The notes below the pieces were generated by a model. The model did no database searches and was not told the DNA's origin. It was given only the letters and a program-made list of their open reading frames with translations. Shown here one piece after another: positions 38,706-48,258 of a stretch of 64,000 nt of DNA; position 1 is the first letter of the stretch; each line of letters begins with the position of its first letter. Source of the stretch: Nevskiales bacterium (lineage in GTDB: Bacteria > Pseudomonadota > Gammaproteobacteria > Nevskiales > JBOICV01); contig JBOICV010000176.1 of the NCBI GenBank assembly GCA_050740255.1, forward strand, positions 3,959 through 67,958. The letters run 5' to 3'. Made by a program: the position numbers and the translations under genes.

Positions 38706-39380
38706 ATGCCTGGGCCCAAAGATCTGCTCGCCAACAATCGCAAGTGGGCTACACAGCGACGCGCGGCAAATCCTGAATTTTTCGCGCGGCTGGCGCAGGC
38801 CCAGCAACCGGACTATTTATGGATCGGCTGCTCGGATGCAAGGGTGCCGGCCAACGAATTAATCGGCCTGCCGCCCGGCGAAGTGTTCGTGCAGCGTAAT
38901 CTTGGCAACCAGTTCTTTCCGCACGACTTCAACGCGGTGGCGGTGTTGCAGTTCGCGGTGGAGGTACTCAAAGTGCGGCATGTGATCGTCTGCGGCCACT
39001 ACGGCTGCGGCGCGGTCAACGCGGCCATGCATCACGCCGCGCCGGGCCGCGGACTGGACGCCGTCAAACGCTGGATCACCGACATCCGCCGCACCCGCAT
39101 GCGCTCGCGCAAGGAATTGCTGCGCCTGGATCCCGCCGCCTGCCGGGACCGGCTGTGCGAGCTGAACGTGATTCAGCAGGTGGAGTACTTGCGCGCCTCG
39201 CCCGCCGTACGTGGCGCTTGGGCGCGTGGACAGAAGCTGTCCGTGCACGGCTGGATTTATCATCTGGAAGACGGTCTGCTGCAAGACTTGAGCGTGACCG
39301 TGAGCGGGCTCAAGGACAAGCCGCTGCGTTTCGCGCGCGAGGCAAAAACCGAAGCACCGCTCCGCCGGCGAGCGAAATAG
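38706..39380 (+). CDS. beta-class carbonic anhydrase
   Basis: LWIGCSDARVPANE...VFVQRNLGN...VIVCGHYGCGAV zinc-ligand pattern. Confidence 0.88.
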   Translation: MPGPKDLLANNRKWATQRRAANPEFFARLAQAQQPDYLWIGCSDARVPANELIGLPPGEVFVQRNLGNQFFPHDFNAVAVLQFAVEVLKVRHVIVCGHYGCGAVNAAMHHAAPGRGLDAVKRWITDIRRTRMRSRKELLRLDPAACRDRLCELNVIQQVEYLRASPAVRGAWARGQKLSVHGWIYHLEDGLLQDLSVTVSGLKDKPLRFAREAKTEAPLRRRAK

Positions 39381-39397
39381 GCGTTGAGGGATGCCCG

Positions 39398-39455
39398 TTC
39401 CCCCTAGAGGGGGAAGTCCCACCCCCACCCTGACCCCCCCCTCAAGGGGGAGGGA
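39398..39455. repeat. GC-tract REP-like palindromes between convergent genes (likely bidirectional terminator region)
   Basis: TTCCCCCTAGAGGGGGAA (39398..39415). C-runs at 39418..39441. CCCCCCTCAAGGGGG at about 39435..39450. Confidence 0.65.
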
Positions 39456-39457
39456 AC

Positions 39458-40240
39458 TTACTTCCCGGAGAATTTGCCCGGCCGGCGCTCCATGAAAGCG
39501 CGCAAGCCCTCCTGCATATCTTCGGATTTCATCAGCGGAATCAGATCGGGCAGCAGCCGCGCAAAGGCGGCATCTTCGCCCTGCCGGCGTACCAGGCGCG
39601 CGGATTTCAGCGTCGCGTAAACGCCGAGCGGCGCCTGCGCGGCGATGGTCTGGGCGATTTGTAACGCGCGTTCCAGTTGCTTACCCGGCTCCACCACTTC
39701 CTGCACCAGTCCCAGGCGCAGCGCTTCGGCCGCGTTGATTTCATCTGCCGTCAGCAGATAACGCATGGCATTGCCCCAGCCGACTTCCTGAATCAGCCGC
39801 ACGGTAGCGCCGCCGACGGGATAAATGCCGCGCTTGACCTCAATCTGGCCGAAGCGGGTATCAGACGCGGCGACGCGGATGTCGGTGGCGAGCAGCAGTT
39901 CAATGCCCAGCGTCAGACAGAGGCCTTGCACGGCCATGACCAGCGGCTTGCTGACGCGCCTGGCATCGTCGGCGCCGAGGGGATCGAGCCCGCCCGGCGG
40001 CGGATCGGGGAATTTCCCCGCGGAAAACGTCGCCGCCCATTTCGGCAGGTCGAGGCCGCCGGTGAAATGATCGCCGTGCGCGAACAACAAGCCGCAGCGC
40101 AGGTTCTGATCCTGCTCAAGCTGGCCGTAGGCCGCGCCGAGCTCCTGATACATCTCCAGATCGAAGGCGTTGCGCTTTTCGGGCCGGTTGAGGCCGATCA
40201 GCAGGACTTGACCACGGACTTCAGTAGTAACTTTGCTCAT
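39458..40240 (-). CDS. enoyl-CoA hydratase/isomerase (crotonase) family protein
   Basis: LLIGLNRPEKRNAFD...FTGGLDL...crotonase fold. Start at ATG 40240. Confidence 0.85.
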   Translation of the reverse strand: MSKVTTEVRGQVLLIGLNRPEKRNAFDLEMYQELGAAYGQLEQDQNLRCGLLFAHGDHFTGGLDLPKWAATFSAGKFPDPPPGGLDPLGADDARRVSKPLVMAVQGLCLTLGIELLLATDIRVAASDTRFGQIEVKRGIYPVGGATVRLIQEVGWGNAMRYLLTADEINAAEALRLGLVQEVVEPGKQLERALQIAQTIAAQAPLGVYATLKSARLVRRQGEDAAFARLLPDLIPLMKSEDMQEGLRAFMERRPGKFSGK

Positions 40241-40247
40241 TGATTTT

Positions 40248-41324
40248 TTACCTCGCTGGAATGGGTAGACGCGCAAACGCCGGCGCCGTCAGGCTGCCGA
40301 GATACAGGTATTCGCCGTAAGGCTCGGCGCTGGTGATGGGCGCGAAGGCGTCATGCGACGCGTCCTGCAGGTTGTGAATGACCTTGCCCTCGCTGTCGAG
40401 CGCGAGCACGAAGGCGTGATGCACTGGCTTGGGCTGCAGCACTTTGGGCAGGCGCATCATCAGCTTGCGGAGCCACGGCTTGTCGGCGGCGACATCGATC
40501 GCCGGATTGCGCGGTGTTACCAGCGCGAGCCAGAAGTTGCCGCGCTCGTCCCCGGTGATGCCATCCGGCAGACCCGGCAGGTTGGCGAAGAATACGTCGA
40601 AGCTGCCGGCCGGCTCCCCCTTCAGCCAGTAACGCAGCACATTGTAGCTGCCGGTTTGATTGACCAGCACGAAGCTTTCGTCAGCAGCGAGCGCGACGCC
40701 ATTCGCGAATTGCATCCCGGCAAGCAACACACTCGTGTTGCCGCTAGCCGGATCGTACTTCAGCAAGCGGCCGTGGCCGCCATGCTCGAGAATGTCGTCC
40801 ACTCCGACATGCGGGTGATAGCCGAACTTGCTCGATGCGTCCGAAAAATAAATCATGCCGTCGCCGGCGACTTCGACGTCGTCGGCGAACTTGATCGGAA
40901 CGCCCTCCGCTTCGGTCGCCAGCACCTTGAGCTGGCCGTCCGGCGCGATGGACAAGAGCCCGCGCACTGCATCCGCCACGATTAAATTCCCCTGCGCATC
41001 GAAGTCCAGGCCGAGCGGGCGGCCGCCGGTGTTGACGATGACCTGCGGGTTGCCGCCGTTGACGTCAAAGCGCACCAGCCGGCCGTCCTTGTAGCCGACA
41101 TAAATCTGCCCCTGCGCATCTAGCGCAACGTCCTCCGGACCGACGCCGGCATCCACACCCAAACGTTCTACCTTGGTCAAGGCGTCATTGACTGCATAAG
41201 GCCCGGCCAAAGCCGGCGCGGGTGGTGGTGTCCAGGCCACCGGTTCGATTGGCACCGGCCAGAAAAACAGGTAGGCGAGGGCGGCGATGACGACCGCGCC
41301 GATCAGCAGCAATATGTTGCGCAT
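40248..41324 (-). CDS. strictosidine-synthase-like / SMP-30-gluconolactonase-type beta-propeller with N-terminal TM anchor
   Basis: TM helix, then GPEDVALDAQGQIYVG..DGRLVRF...GRPLGLDFDAQGNLIVADA...MIYFSDAS propeller repeats. Confidence 0.8.
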   Translation of the reverse strand: MRNILLLIGAVVIAALAYLFFWPVPIEPVAWTPPPAPALAGPYAVNDALTKVERLGVDAGVGPEDVALDAQGQIYVGYKDGRLVRFDVNGGNPQVIVNTGGRPLGLDFDAQGNLIVADAVRGLLSIAPDGQLKVLATEAEGVPIKFADDVEVAGDGMIYFSDASSKFGYHPHVGVDDILEHGGHGRLLKYDPASGNTSVLLAGMQFANGVALAADESFVLVNQTGSYNVLRYWLKGEPAGSFDVFFANLPGLPDGITGDERGNFWLALVTPRNPAIDVAADKPWLRKLMMRLPKVLQPKPVHHAFVLALDSEGKVIHNLQDASHDAFAPITSAEPYGEYLYLGSLTAPAFARLPIPAR

Positions 41325-41337
41325 GGGTTCTTCGACT

Positions 41338-42411
41338 TCAAGGTTTAAGCAGGCTGGCGTCAATATCGCTCAAACGCGTACAACCTGCCAGCGCCATGGC
41401 ATCCGACAATTCCTGACGCAGAATCTCAAGCACTCGCACCACGCCGGCTTCGCCATCCACCGCCAGCCCCCACAACACCGGGCGGCCGATCAGCACCCCG
41501 CGCGCGCCGAGCGCCAGCGCCTTGAGTACATCCGCGCCGCGCCGCACACCGCCATCCACGTAAATCTCGCAGGCTCCCTGCACCGCCGATACCACATGCG
41601 GCAGCGCCGCAACCGTGGCGGGACTGGTATCCAGCTGCCGACCGCCGTGATTCGATACCATCACCGCCTGCGCGCCATGCTCAGCGCAACGGCGTGCGTC
41701 ATCGCCGCGGCAGACGCCCTTCACCACCACCGGCAGTTTGGTGGCGGCGCACAGCCATTCCAGATGCCGCCAGGACAAGGCGCCGTCGAATAGCGTATTG
41801 ACGTAGGCCGCCAAACCAGAGCCCTCGACTTTGGGGAAGTCGCCTTTGCCCGCCGGCACCACATTCTCTACCGCTAGGCCAGGCGGCAACTGGAAGCCAT
41901 TGCGGGAGTCACGCTCGCGATTACCCCAGACCGGCGCGTCCACCGTGAGTACGATCGCCTCCGCTCCGGCGGCTTCGGCACGCGCAATTAAATCGCGCGT
42001 CACGCCGCGGTCTTTATAGATGTAAAGCTGAAACCATTTGGGGCTCGCTGCTTCGCGAAACACCTCTTCCATCGCGGTGTTGGACAGTGAGCTCAGAATG
42101 AACAAAGTACCCGCTCGCCTGGCTGCGCGCGCGGCGGCAATCTCGCCCTCCTTGCAGGCGAGTTTATGAAAAGCCGTGGGCGCAATCAGAATTGGCATTG
42201 AAACCGGACGTCCGAGCACGGTCGTTTCGAGTACGCGCGGCTCGACACCGGCCAGCACGCGGTAGTAAATCGGGATGCGCTCCCAGGCCGCGCGGTTTTC
42301 GCGCAGCGTCACTTCGTCCAGTGCGGCACCGGCGTAGTACTCGTAGACCTCTTTCGACAGACGACTGCGCGCAGCTTCCGCGTAGTCCGCGAGATTCAGC
42401 ATATTGCTCAT
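41338..42411 (-). CDS. FMN-dependent alpha-hydroxy-acid oxidase/dehydrogenase (LldD/glycolate-oxidase family)
   Basis: 357 aa. ..SNHGGRQLD.. and a GADV...IGRP C-terminal FMN-phosphate motif. ATG overlaps the upstream gene stop (ATGA). Confidence 0.88.
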   Translation of the reverse strand: MSNMLNLADYAEAARSRLSKEVYEYYAGAALDEVTLRENRAAWERIPIYYRVLAGVEPRVLETTVLGRPVSMPILIAPTAFHKLACKEGEIAAARAARRAGTLFILSSLSNTAMEEVFREAASPKWFQLYIYKDRGVTRDLIARAEAAGAEAIVLTVDAPVWGNRERDSRNGFQLPPGLAVENVVPAGKGDFPKVEGSGLAAYVNTLFDGALSWRHLEWLCAATKLPVVVKGVCRGDDARRCAEHGAQAVMVSNHGGRQLDTSPATVAALPHVVSAVQGACEIYVDGGVRRGADVLKALALGARGVLIGRPVLWGLAVDGEAGVVRVLEILRQELSDAMALAGCTRLSDIDASLLKP

Positions 42412-44735
42412 ACGACTGGTGATTCCCTAGGTAGCCGCCAGCCCTGCCAGGCCAGCGGCAGCAGAATTAGCAGGCAGGCGGCGAGCAGCATAAAGCTCTG
42501 CCAGGTGTAGCGCAGATCGCTCCAGTGCTCGAACAGGCTGAAGTACTGTCCCACACAGAGTGCGCAAAGTACGGCAATACCCCAGCCGAAAGTTCTTGCT
42601 GGTGTTTGTGCGTCGGCGAGCGCCAGTGGCAGCAGAAAAATGAAATGGCAGTAATAGTTGGAAGGATAGAACAGGAAGGGAATAGTCAGCAGGCCGATAA
42701 GCGTGACCTGATGCACCTCGCGGCCGCGGCAGGCGAAAGCCGCCAGTAACAAGACGCCCGCGATAATCGTGTAGGTGAGCGGACGGCGTGCCGCGTAGGT
42801 TTGCTGCTGCGTGCGCTGCCATTCCACCCATGGCTCGGGATGATCGCGCCGCAATACATGCTTGGCGGCGAGCGCGGGATCGTAGGACATGACGTTGCGC
42901 AGGCCAACGTTATTTATGCTGGGGCCAGTTGCGTGAATTTCTATTTTTTCGAGCCAGTTACCCCAAGCGCCTTGCCAACCGAAGAGTGCCGAGCTCGCGG
43001 CGACCAAGGCAATCACCGTCGCCACCGCGCCCAGCCCGGTGCGTATCGTCGTCGCTTGCTCCTGCCACAAGCTTTCCCAGGCCGGGCAGCGCCGTGCGCG
43101 CAATTGCTGCAGACCCCACCACAGCAGCGGCAGAGCCAGAAAGAAAGTGGCCATAGCTGGGAAGGCGCGAATCAAGCCGGCATAAGCGAGCAGGCCGCCA
43201 CCCAATACCCAGCGCCGATTCTTTAGCGCGCAGGCGCCGAGACCTAGCGCGACCAGCCAGTCCTGACGCAGGGTCGAGCCCATCAGATTGCTGCCGAAAT
43301 TATAGAAGTCAGTGACGCCAAACAGGATGGCGGAGTAAAGCATCACGCGCAGCCCGAAGCTGCGATAGACCACGAAAAACAATAGTACGATCAGAGCTGG
43401 GTCAATCAGCCCCGCAAGTGACAACGTCCACTCATTGGCCGGCAGCTCATGAAATAGCAGCCATGCGCCGAGTATCCAAACCGGCGTGGCGTTGCCGCCG
43501 TGATCTTGCATGCTGCCGAGGTAATCGGCGTCGCCCATAGCGCGCTGCAGATACAGCATGTCCTGTGTGAATTCCTGCCAGCGTGTCTGTGTAAAACGGC
43601 CGCGCACAGCCAACACTTCCGCGGCGACCTCTGGCGCGTAACGCATATCGTTGGTCTTCAAGTCGCGCAAGCGCACACCATTCATTCGATCCAAGGTCGC
43701 GCCTGGCGTGTTGTCGAGATAGGCGGCAAGACTGGCGAGGTACAAACCATCGAAACGCAGTTCCGGAAAATACTTGGCTACCGGAAAGTAGTGGCGCATG
43801 TCGAAGGTATGCACCAGAGTGCGCCGACCTTTGGCCTGATCCCGGAACTGCGGCATGCCGAAGTGGTAGTAGCAGCCCACCGCCACAACCGCGAGCGTAA
43901 TCAGCAGCGCCGTCAGCATGCGCCGATCGGACTGCTGTCCGGGTCTTGCAAAAGCTTCACGCAACGCAATCGTGCCGGCGATCAGCGCGACGGCGGCGCG
44001 CAGAGCGGATTCACCTTCGAAGAACGGATAGTGTCGGAAATAGTGGTAGGCAACCCAGAGGGTCGCGGCGAGTGCGGCCGCCAGCAGTCCCCAAGTGAAT
44101 TTGCGCGGTGCGCCACGTTGCAACAGCACGAACAACACCAGCAGTGCGGTGGCCAGCGCCAGACTCGCACGGCTGGTTTCCATTTCATTCAGAAACCAGG
44201 CGCGTTTGAACGGGGCTTTCGAGCCCTCCGCCGGACATTGCTGCGCGACGCCGAACTCGGCAACGCTGTAGCGGCCGTCGCCGCCTTGGGCGCTGAGCCG
44301 CAGGTAGCGCGCAGTGACGTTAATCGTGGCGTGCCGCAGCCGCAAGCCTGCGCCAGCCACCGCAACTGCGGTCCACAGCGGCTGAAACTGCTGACCGTCG
44401 AATGAACCGGAAACCAGATACTCGTCGTTATTGTCGCCCTGCAGCCAGATGCAGCGTAGCGCGAGCGGTACACCGAGGTCATAGTCAACATAGGCCTCCG
44501 GCGAGGCCAGGTGCGCACTGTGCTCCGATAGCCAGAAAGCGCCCTCACGCGTGCCGGTGCCGTCGGTAATGCGCCCGGCGTTGGCCACACCGAAGGCCTG
44601 TGGCGGTAGCTCCGCGAGCAAGTTATTCGGACTGGGGGCAGCTTGCGCGCAAACGCTTGCAAGCAGCAGCGATATGGTGACGATGACTAGCTGTACAGGC
44701 CTGGGAATCACGTGTTCGTCTAGAATGGAACGCAA
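42408..44735 (-). CDS. large polytopic membrane protein with N-terminal periplasmic discoidin (F5/8 type C)-like domain; function unknown
   Basis: 775 aa. Signal peptide; a ~130-aa segment (ITDG...WLS...YVDYDLG...YLRLSAQGGDGRYSVAEFGV) that looks like a discoidin jelly-roll; then more than 12 predicted TM helices. Confidence 0.6.
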   Translation of the reverse strand: MRSILDEHVIPRPVQLVIVTISLLLASVCAQAAPSPNNLLAELPPQAFGVANAGRITDGTGTREGAFWLSEHSAHLASPEAYVDYDLGVPLALRCIWLQGDNNDEYLVSGSFDGQQFQPLWTAVAVAGAGLRLRHATINVTARYLRLSAQGGDGRYSVAEFGVAQQCPAEGSKAPFKRAWFLNEMETSRASLALATALLVLFVLLQRGAPRKFTWGLLAAALAATLWVAYHYFRHYPFFEGESALRAAVALIAGTIALREAFARPGQQSDRRMLTALLITLAVVAVGCYYHFGMPQFRDQAKGRRTLVHTFDMRHYFPVAKYFPELRFDGLYLASLAAYLDNTPGATLDRMNGVRLRDLKTNDMRYAPEVAAEVLAVRGRFTQTRWQEFTQDMLYLQRAMGDADYLGSMQDHGGNATPVWILGAWLLFHELPANEWTLSLAGLIDPALIVLLFFVVYRSFGLRVMLYSAILFGVTDFYNFGSNLMGSTLRQDWLVALGLGACALKNRRWVLGGGLLAYAGLIRAFPAMATFFLALPLLWWGLQQLRARRCPAWESLWQEQATTIRTGLGAVATVIALVAASSALFGWQGAWGNWLEKIEIHATGPSINNVGLRNVMSYDPALAAKHVLRRDHPEPWVEWQRTQQQTYAARRPLTYTIIAGVLLLAAFACRGREVHQVTLIGLLTIPFLFYPSNYYCHFIFLLPLALADAQTPARTFGWGIAVLCALCVGQYFSLFEHWSDLRYTWQSFMLLAACLLILLPLAWQGWRLPRESPVV

Positions 44736-44796
44736 TCAAAGTTAATGGCTTTCGTACCGTTACCGGCAACACAGAGTCCGCAGCGGCGGACTGCGT

Positions 44797-46350
44797 ATGG
44801 CTTCAACACAAAAACTCCATTTCCGGCTGCATTACCTCTTGGCGGGACTCGCGCTGGTTGTCGCGGCCGTGCTGTGGGCACAGACACCTCTGACGCTGGA
44901 CGATGCCTTCATCTCTTACCGGTATGCGCGAAACCTGGTTCAAGGTCAGGGCCTGGTCTTCAACAGCGGCGAGTTGGTCGAAGGCTACACCAATTTTCTA
45001 TGGGTACTGATCGCCGCGTTGGCGATTGCATGTAAAGCCGATCCGTTCGCGGCGACGCGGCTGTTGGGAGTGCTCTCCTACGGAATTGGAGTTCTGTTCT
45101 GCGCGCAAGCCTTGTACGCGACGGCACCACAGCGCATTTCCAGCCTGCTGCTCGTGGCATTTTTGGGTATGTTGCTGCTGCCCGATGGCTTGCTGGCCGC
45201 CGTCGGCACCGGCCTAGAAACCGCTTTCGTCGGCACGCTGGGCATTCTGCTCGGCTTAAGCCTGTTTGTTTGGTCTGAACGAATCCGCGCCGCATATCTC
45301 ATAGCCGCAGGCACAGCGCTAATCCTGCTCTTGACGCGGCTCGACGCCGTATTGCCAGTGGCCGCAGCGGGCTTGGTGTTCTGGCTTAGTCGCCTGCCAA
45401 ATGGCGTGCGCTCTGCAACTTGGCACACCGCCGTACAGTTCGCCATTCCGGCGCTGGGGCTGATTATCTATTTGCTCTGGAAAATCAGCTATTACGGCGA
45501 ACTGCTGCCCAATACCTACTACGCCAAGGGCGGCGATCTCTGGTCCTGGGAGCAAGGAAAGGCTTATCTGCGGTCGTTCCTGTCCAGTAATCCTCAAGTT
45601 GCAGCCGCTCTGCCGCTGGCGTTTCTGGCTGCTTTTGCCGCTGACGCGCCCACATGGCGCAGATTCGCTCAATATGCGTTGCTGACCGTCCTGCTGCGTT
45701 GCGCTTACGTTGGGAAAGTCGGCGGGGATTTCATGCAGTATCGCTTCATCTGGGAAACTTATCCGCTGCTTATTTGCGCTGCCGCGATCGGGCTGGGCAA
45801 GCTGGCGAGCCTAACAGAACCGCTGTGGGCCTTTGCTCTGGTATTAGTCTGCCTGGTATTGAGTGCGCAGCCCGCGACCCTGGACAATAAGTTCGGACAA
45901 CAGTGGCCGGACGAGATGGATCGCTATGCACGCGAAGGCCAGCAGGTTGGCAAAGCGCTGTACGCGGTTCTGCCAGAAAACACGGTCATTGCTACCACGC
46001 TGGTAGGCACCTTGGGTTACTACACTAACCTCAAAATCGTTGATCAGTGGGGACTCACTGACAGGTTTATAGCCCACATGCCCGTTTCTCGTATCGTGAC
46101 GCGCGGCCATGTCAAATTCGCGCCACAGGAATATCTACGTTCGCGCGGTGTCAATCTGTATATTGCTCACCCGCAACTGTGTTCCTGCAGTCAACCATGT
46201 ACCGAGGCCTTGCCCAATGTATTCATACGAGTGGAACGCGACTTGTGTGTGCGCAGCTGGTACTTCGGGCAGACGGACGATTTGACGCGTCATTTCTGCA
46301 GCCACCCCCAAAACTTCGTCCTGCATAACATCATCTGCCCGAGCTCCTGA
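44797..46350 (+). CDS. polytopic membrane protein, GT-C-fold glycosyltransferase-like (DD motif after TM1)
   Basis: 517 aa. TLDDAFISYRYARNLVQGQGLVFNSGELVEGYTNFLW after the first helix recalls the DDx loop motif of GT-C enzymes (e.g. Emb-type arabinosyltransferases). About 11 further hydrophobic helices. Confidence 0.5.
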   Translation: MASTQKLHFRLHYLLAGLALVVAAVLWAQTPLTLDDAFISYRYARNLVQGQGLVFNSGELVEGYTNFLWVLIAALAIACKADPFAATRLLGVLSYGIGVLFCAQALYATAPQRISSLLLVAFLGMLLLPDGLLAAVGTGLETAFVGTLGILLGLSLFVWSERIRAAYLIAAGTALILLLTRLDAVLPVAAAGLVFWLSRLPNGVRSATWHTAVQFAIPALGLIIYLLWKISYYGELLPNTYYAKGGDLWSWEQGKAYLRSFLSSNPQVAAALPLAFLAAFAADAPTWRRFAQYALLTVLLRCAYVGKVGGDFMQYRFIWETYPLLICAAAIGLGKLASLTEPLWAFALVLVCLVLSAQPATLDNKFGQQWPDEMDRYAREGQQVGKALYAVLPENTVIATTLVGTLGYYTNLKIVDQWGLTDRFIAHMPVSRIVTRGHVKFAPQEYLRSRGVNLYIAHPQLCSCSQPCTEALPNVFIRVERDLCVRSWYFGQTDDLTRHFCSHPQNFVLHNIICPSS

Positions 46351-46354
46351 AACC

Positions 46355-47779
46355 ATGCGTCAGACCAAAGTCGTAGCGACGCTCGGTCCCGCCACCGACC
46401 GCCCCGGCGTACTGCGCGAATTGGTCGGGGCTGGAGTAGATGTGGTGCGGTTGAATTTTTCCCATGGCGTCGCCGACGACCATAAAAAGCGCGCTGCGGC
46501 AGTGCTTGCCGCGGCCGAGGAACTGAAACGCGACGTCGGTATCCTCGGTGATTTGCAAGGCCCCAAGATCCGCATCGAATCTTTCCGCGGCGGCGGCGTG
46601 GAACTGAGCGAAGGCCAGGACTTCACGCTGGACGCGGGTCTGGCGCACGATGCGGGCAACGTCCACGTCGTGGCGACGAGTTACACCCAGTTGCCGCAAG
46701 ACGTACGCACCGGCGATGTGCTGGTGCTCAACGATGGCGCGATCAGCCTCGAGGTGCAGGAGGTGGCGGGCAGCCAGGTGCGCTGCAAGGTCGTGGTGGG
46801 CGGCCTGCTCACCAATCGCAAAGGCATCAATAAACTGGGCGGCGGCTTGTCGGCCGAGGCGCTTACCCTCAAGGATCGAGACGATATCCGGCTGGCGGCC
46901 GAAATCGGCGTGGATTTTCTGGCCGTGTCCTTCCCGCGCAGCGCGGCGGACATGCAGCTCGCGCGCCGGCTTTACAGCGAAGCTGGCGGCCGCGGCCAAC
47001 TGGTCGCGAAGATCGAGCGCACGGAAGCGGTGACTCAGCTCGACGCGCTGCTGGCAGAGAGCGATGCCGTCATGGTTGCGCGCGGCGATCTGGGCGTGGA
47101 AATCGGCGATGCCGAATTGCCCGGTGTGCAGAAACGCATCATCGCCGCGGCGCGCGAGCAGAACCGCCTGGTGATTACCGCCACGCAAATGATGGAGTCC
47201 ATGATCGCGAGTCCGGTGCCGACCCGGGCCGAGGTGCTGGACGTAGCCAATGCGGTAATGGACGGCAGCGATGCGGTGATGTTGTCGGCCGAGACTGCGG
47301 CCGGCAAGTATCCGGTGAAGGCGGTGCAGGCTATGTGTCGTGTCTGCATCGGCGCAGAGCGCCAGCAGGTGACGCAACGTTCGGCGGCACTGCTGACGCG
47401 TCATTTCGAGCGCACCGACGAAGCGATTGCCATGGCCGCGATCTACACCGCGCAGAACATGCGCGCCGGCGCCATCATCGCGCTGACCGAGTCCGGCGGC
47501 ACCGCGATCTGGATGTCCCGCGCCGCGACCACGATTCCGATTTACGCGCTGACCCGGCACGAGCATGCGCGCCGCCGGCTGGCCTTGTGCCGCGGCGTTT
47601 ACCCGGTCGAGTTCGATCCGTCCAGTCTCGACGGTGTGGTAGCGGTACGCGAGGCGATCAGCTGCCTGAAAAACAAGGGCCAGTTGCGCGACGGCGAGCG
47701 TGTGCTGATTACCAAGGGCGATTTGGACTCCATCGGCGGCACCAATGCCATGAAAGTCGTGAAAGTGGGCGAGATTTGA
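46355..47779 (+). CDS. pyk: pyruvate kinase
   Basis: MRQTKVVATLGPATD...VDVVRLNFSHG...MVARGDLGVE; 474 aa. Confidence 0.95.
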   Translation: MRQTKVVATLGPATDRPGVLRELVGAGVDVVRLNFSHGVADDHKKRAAAVLAAAEELKRDVGILGDLQGPKIRIESFRGGGVELSEGQDFTLDAGLAHDAGNVHVVATSYTQLPQDVRTGDVLVLNDGAISLEVQEVAGSQVRCKVVVGGLLTNRKGINKLGGGLSAEALTLKDRDDIRLAAEIGVDFLAVSFPRSAADMQLARRLYSEAGGRGQLVAKIERTEAVTQLDALLAESDAVMVARGDLGVEIGDAELPGVQKRIIAAAREQNRLVITATQMMESMIASPVPTRAEVLDVANAVMDGSDAVMLSAETAAGKYPVKAVQAMCRVCIGAERQQVTQRSAALLTRHFERTDEAIAMAAIYTAQNMRAGAIIALTESGGTAIWMSRAATTIPIYALTRHEHARRRLALCRGVYPVEFDPSSLDGVVAVREAISCLKNKGQLRDGERVLITKGDLDSIGGTNAMKVVKVGEI

Positions 47780-48183
47780 CCGCACGCACCGGACATTGCT
47801 TGTGTGGCGCAGTGCAATTCACCGCCAGCGGCGCACCGCACAGCGTCGGCCATTGCTGTTGCAAGATGTGCCAGACCAGCGTCGGCGCAGTAGCCGTGAC
47901 CTGGGCCACCTTCCCGGCGACGGCGGCTGAAATTCGCGGCGAGACGCTGAGTTGGTATCGCTCATCGAAGCGAGCCGAACGAGGTTTTTGCAATCGCTGC
48001 GGCGCCAGTCTCGCCTGGCGCAAGCTCGACGGTAAATACATTGACCTTACCGTCGCCTTATTCGATCAGCCAGACGATTTGCCGCCTACGTACGCCATCT
48101 GGGCCAGTCGCAAGCCGACCTGGCTCAAACTGGACGAGCACCTGCCGCAGCACGCCGAGCAGGCGCACACCGAGCCGGAGTAG
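47776..48183 (+). CDS. GFA (glutathione-dependent formaldehyde-activating / CENP-V) family protein
   Basis: GHCLCGAVQF...CCCKMCQ...FCNRCGASL zinc-Cys pattern. The only available start is TTG 47776, in a TTGA overlap with the pyk stop. Confidence 0.7.
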   Translation: MTARTGHCLCGAVQFTASGAPHSVGHCCCKMCQTSVGAVAVTWATFPATAAEIRGETLSWYRSSKRAERGFCNRCGASLAWRKLDGKYIDLTVALFDQPDDLPPTYAIWASRKPTWLKLDEHLPQHAEQAHTEPE

Positions 48184-48190
48184 CAATTTT

Positions 48191-48258
48191 GTCATTCTGA
48201 GCGCCTACAGGCGCGAAGAATCTGATTTGGCTCAGGATGACTTTGCTTGGCAAAGTCA
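48191..48258. repeat. REP-like hairpins between convergent genes
   Basis: GTCATTCTGAGC (48191..48202) pairs with GCTCAGGATGAC (48230..48241). A perfect 9-bp stem TGACTTTGC-TTG-GCAAAGTCA lies at 48238..48258. Confidence 0.7.

Noticed and set aside
38706-39380. Beta-carbonic anhydrase as a functional member of the desaturase array.
   Set aside because: It is same-strand and 63 nt downstream, but there is no mechanistic link I can support. It is treated as a neighbouring housekeeping gene.
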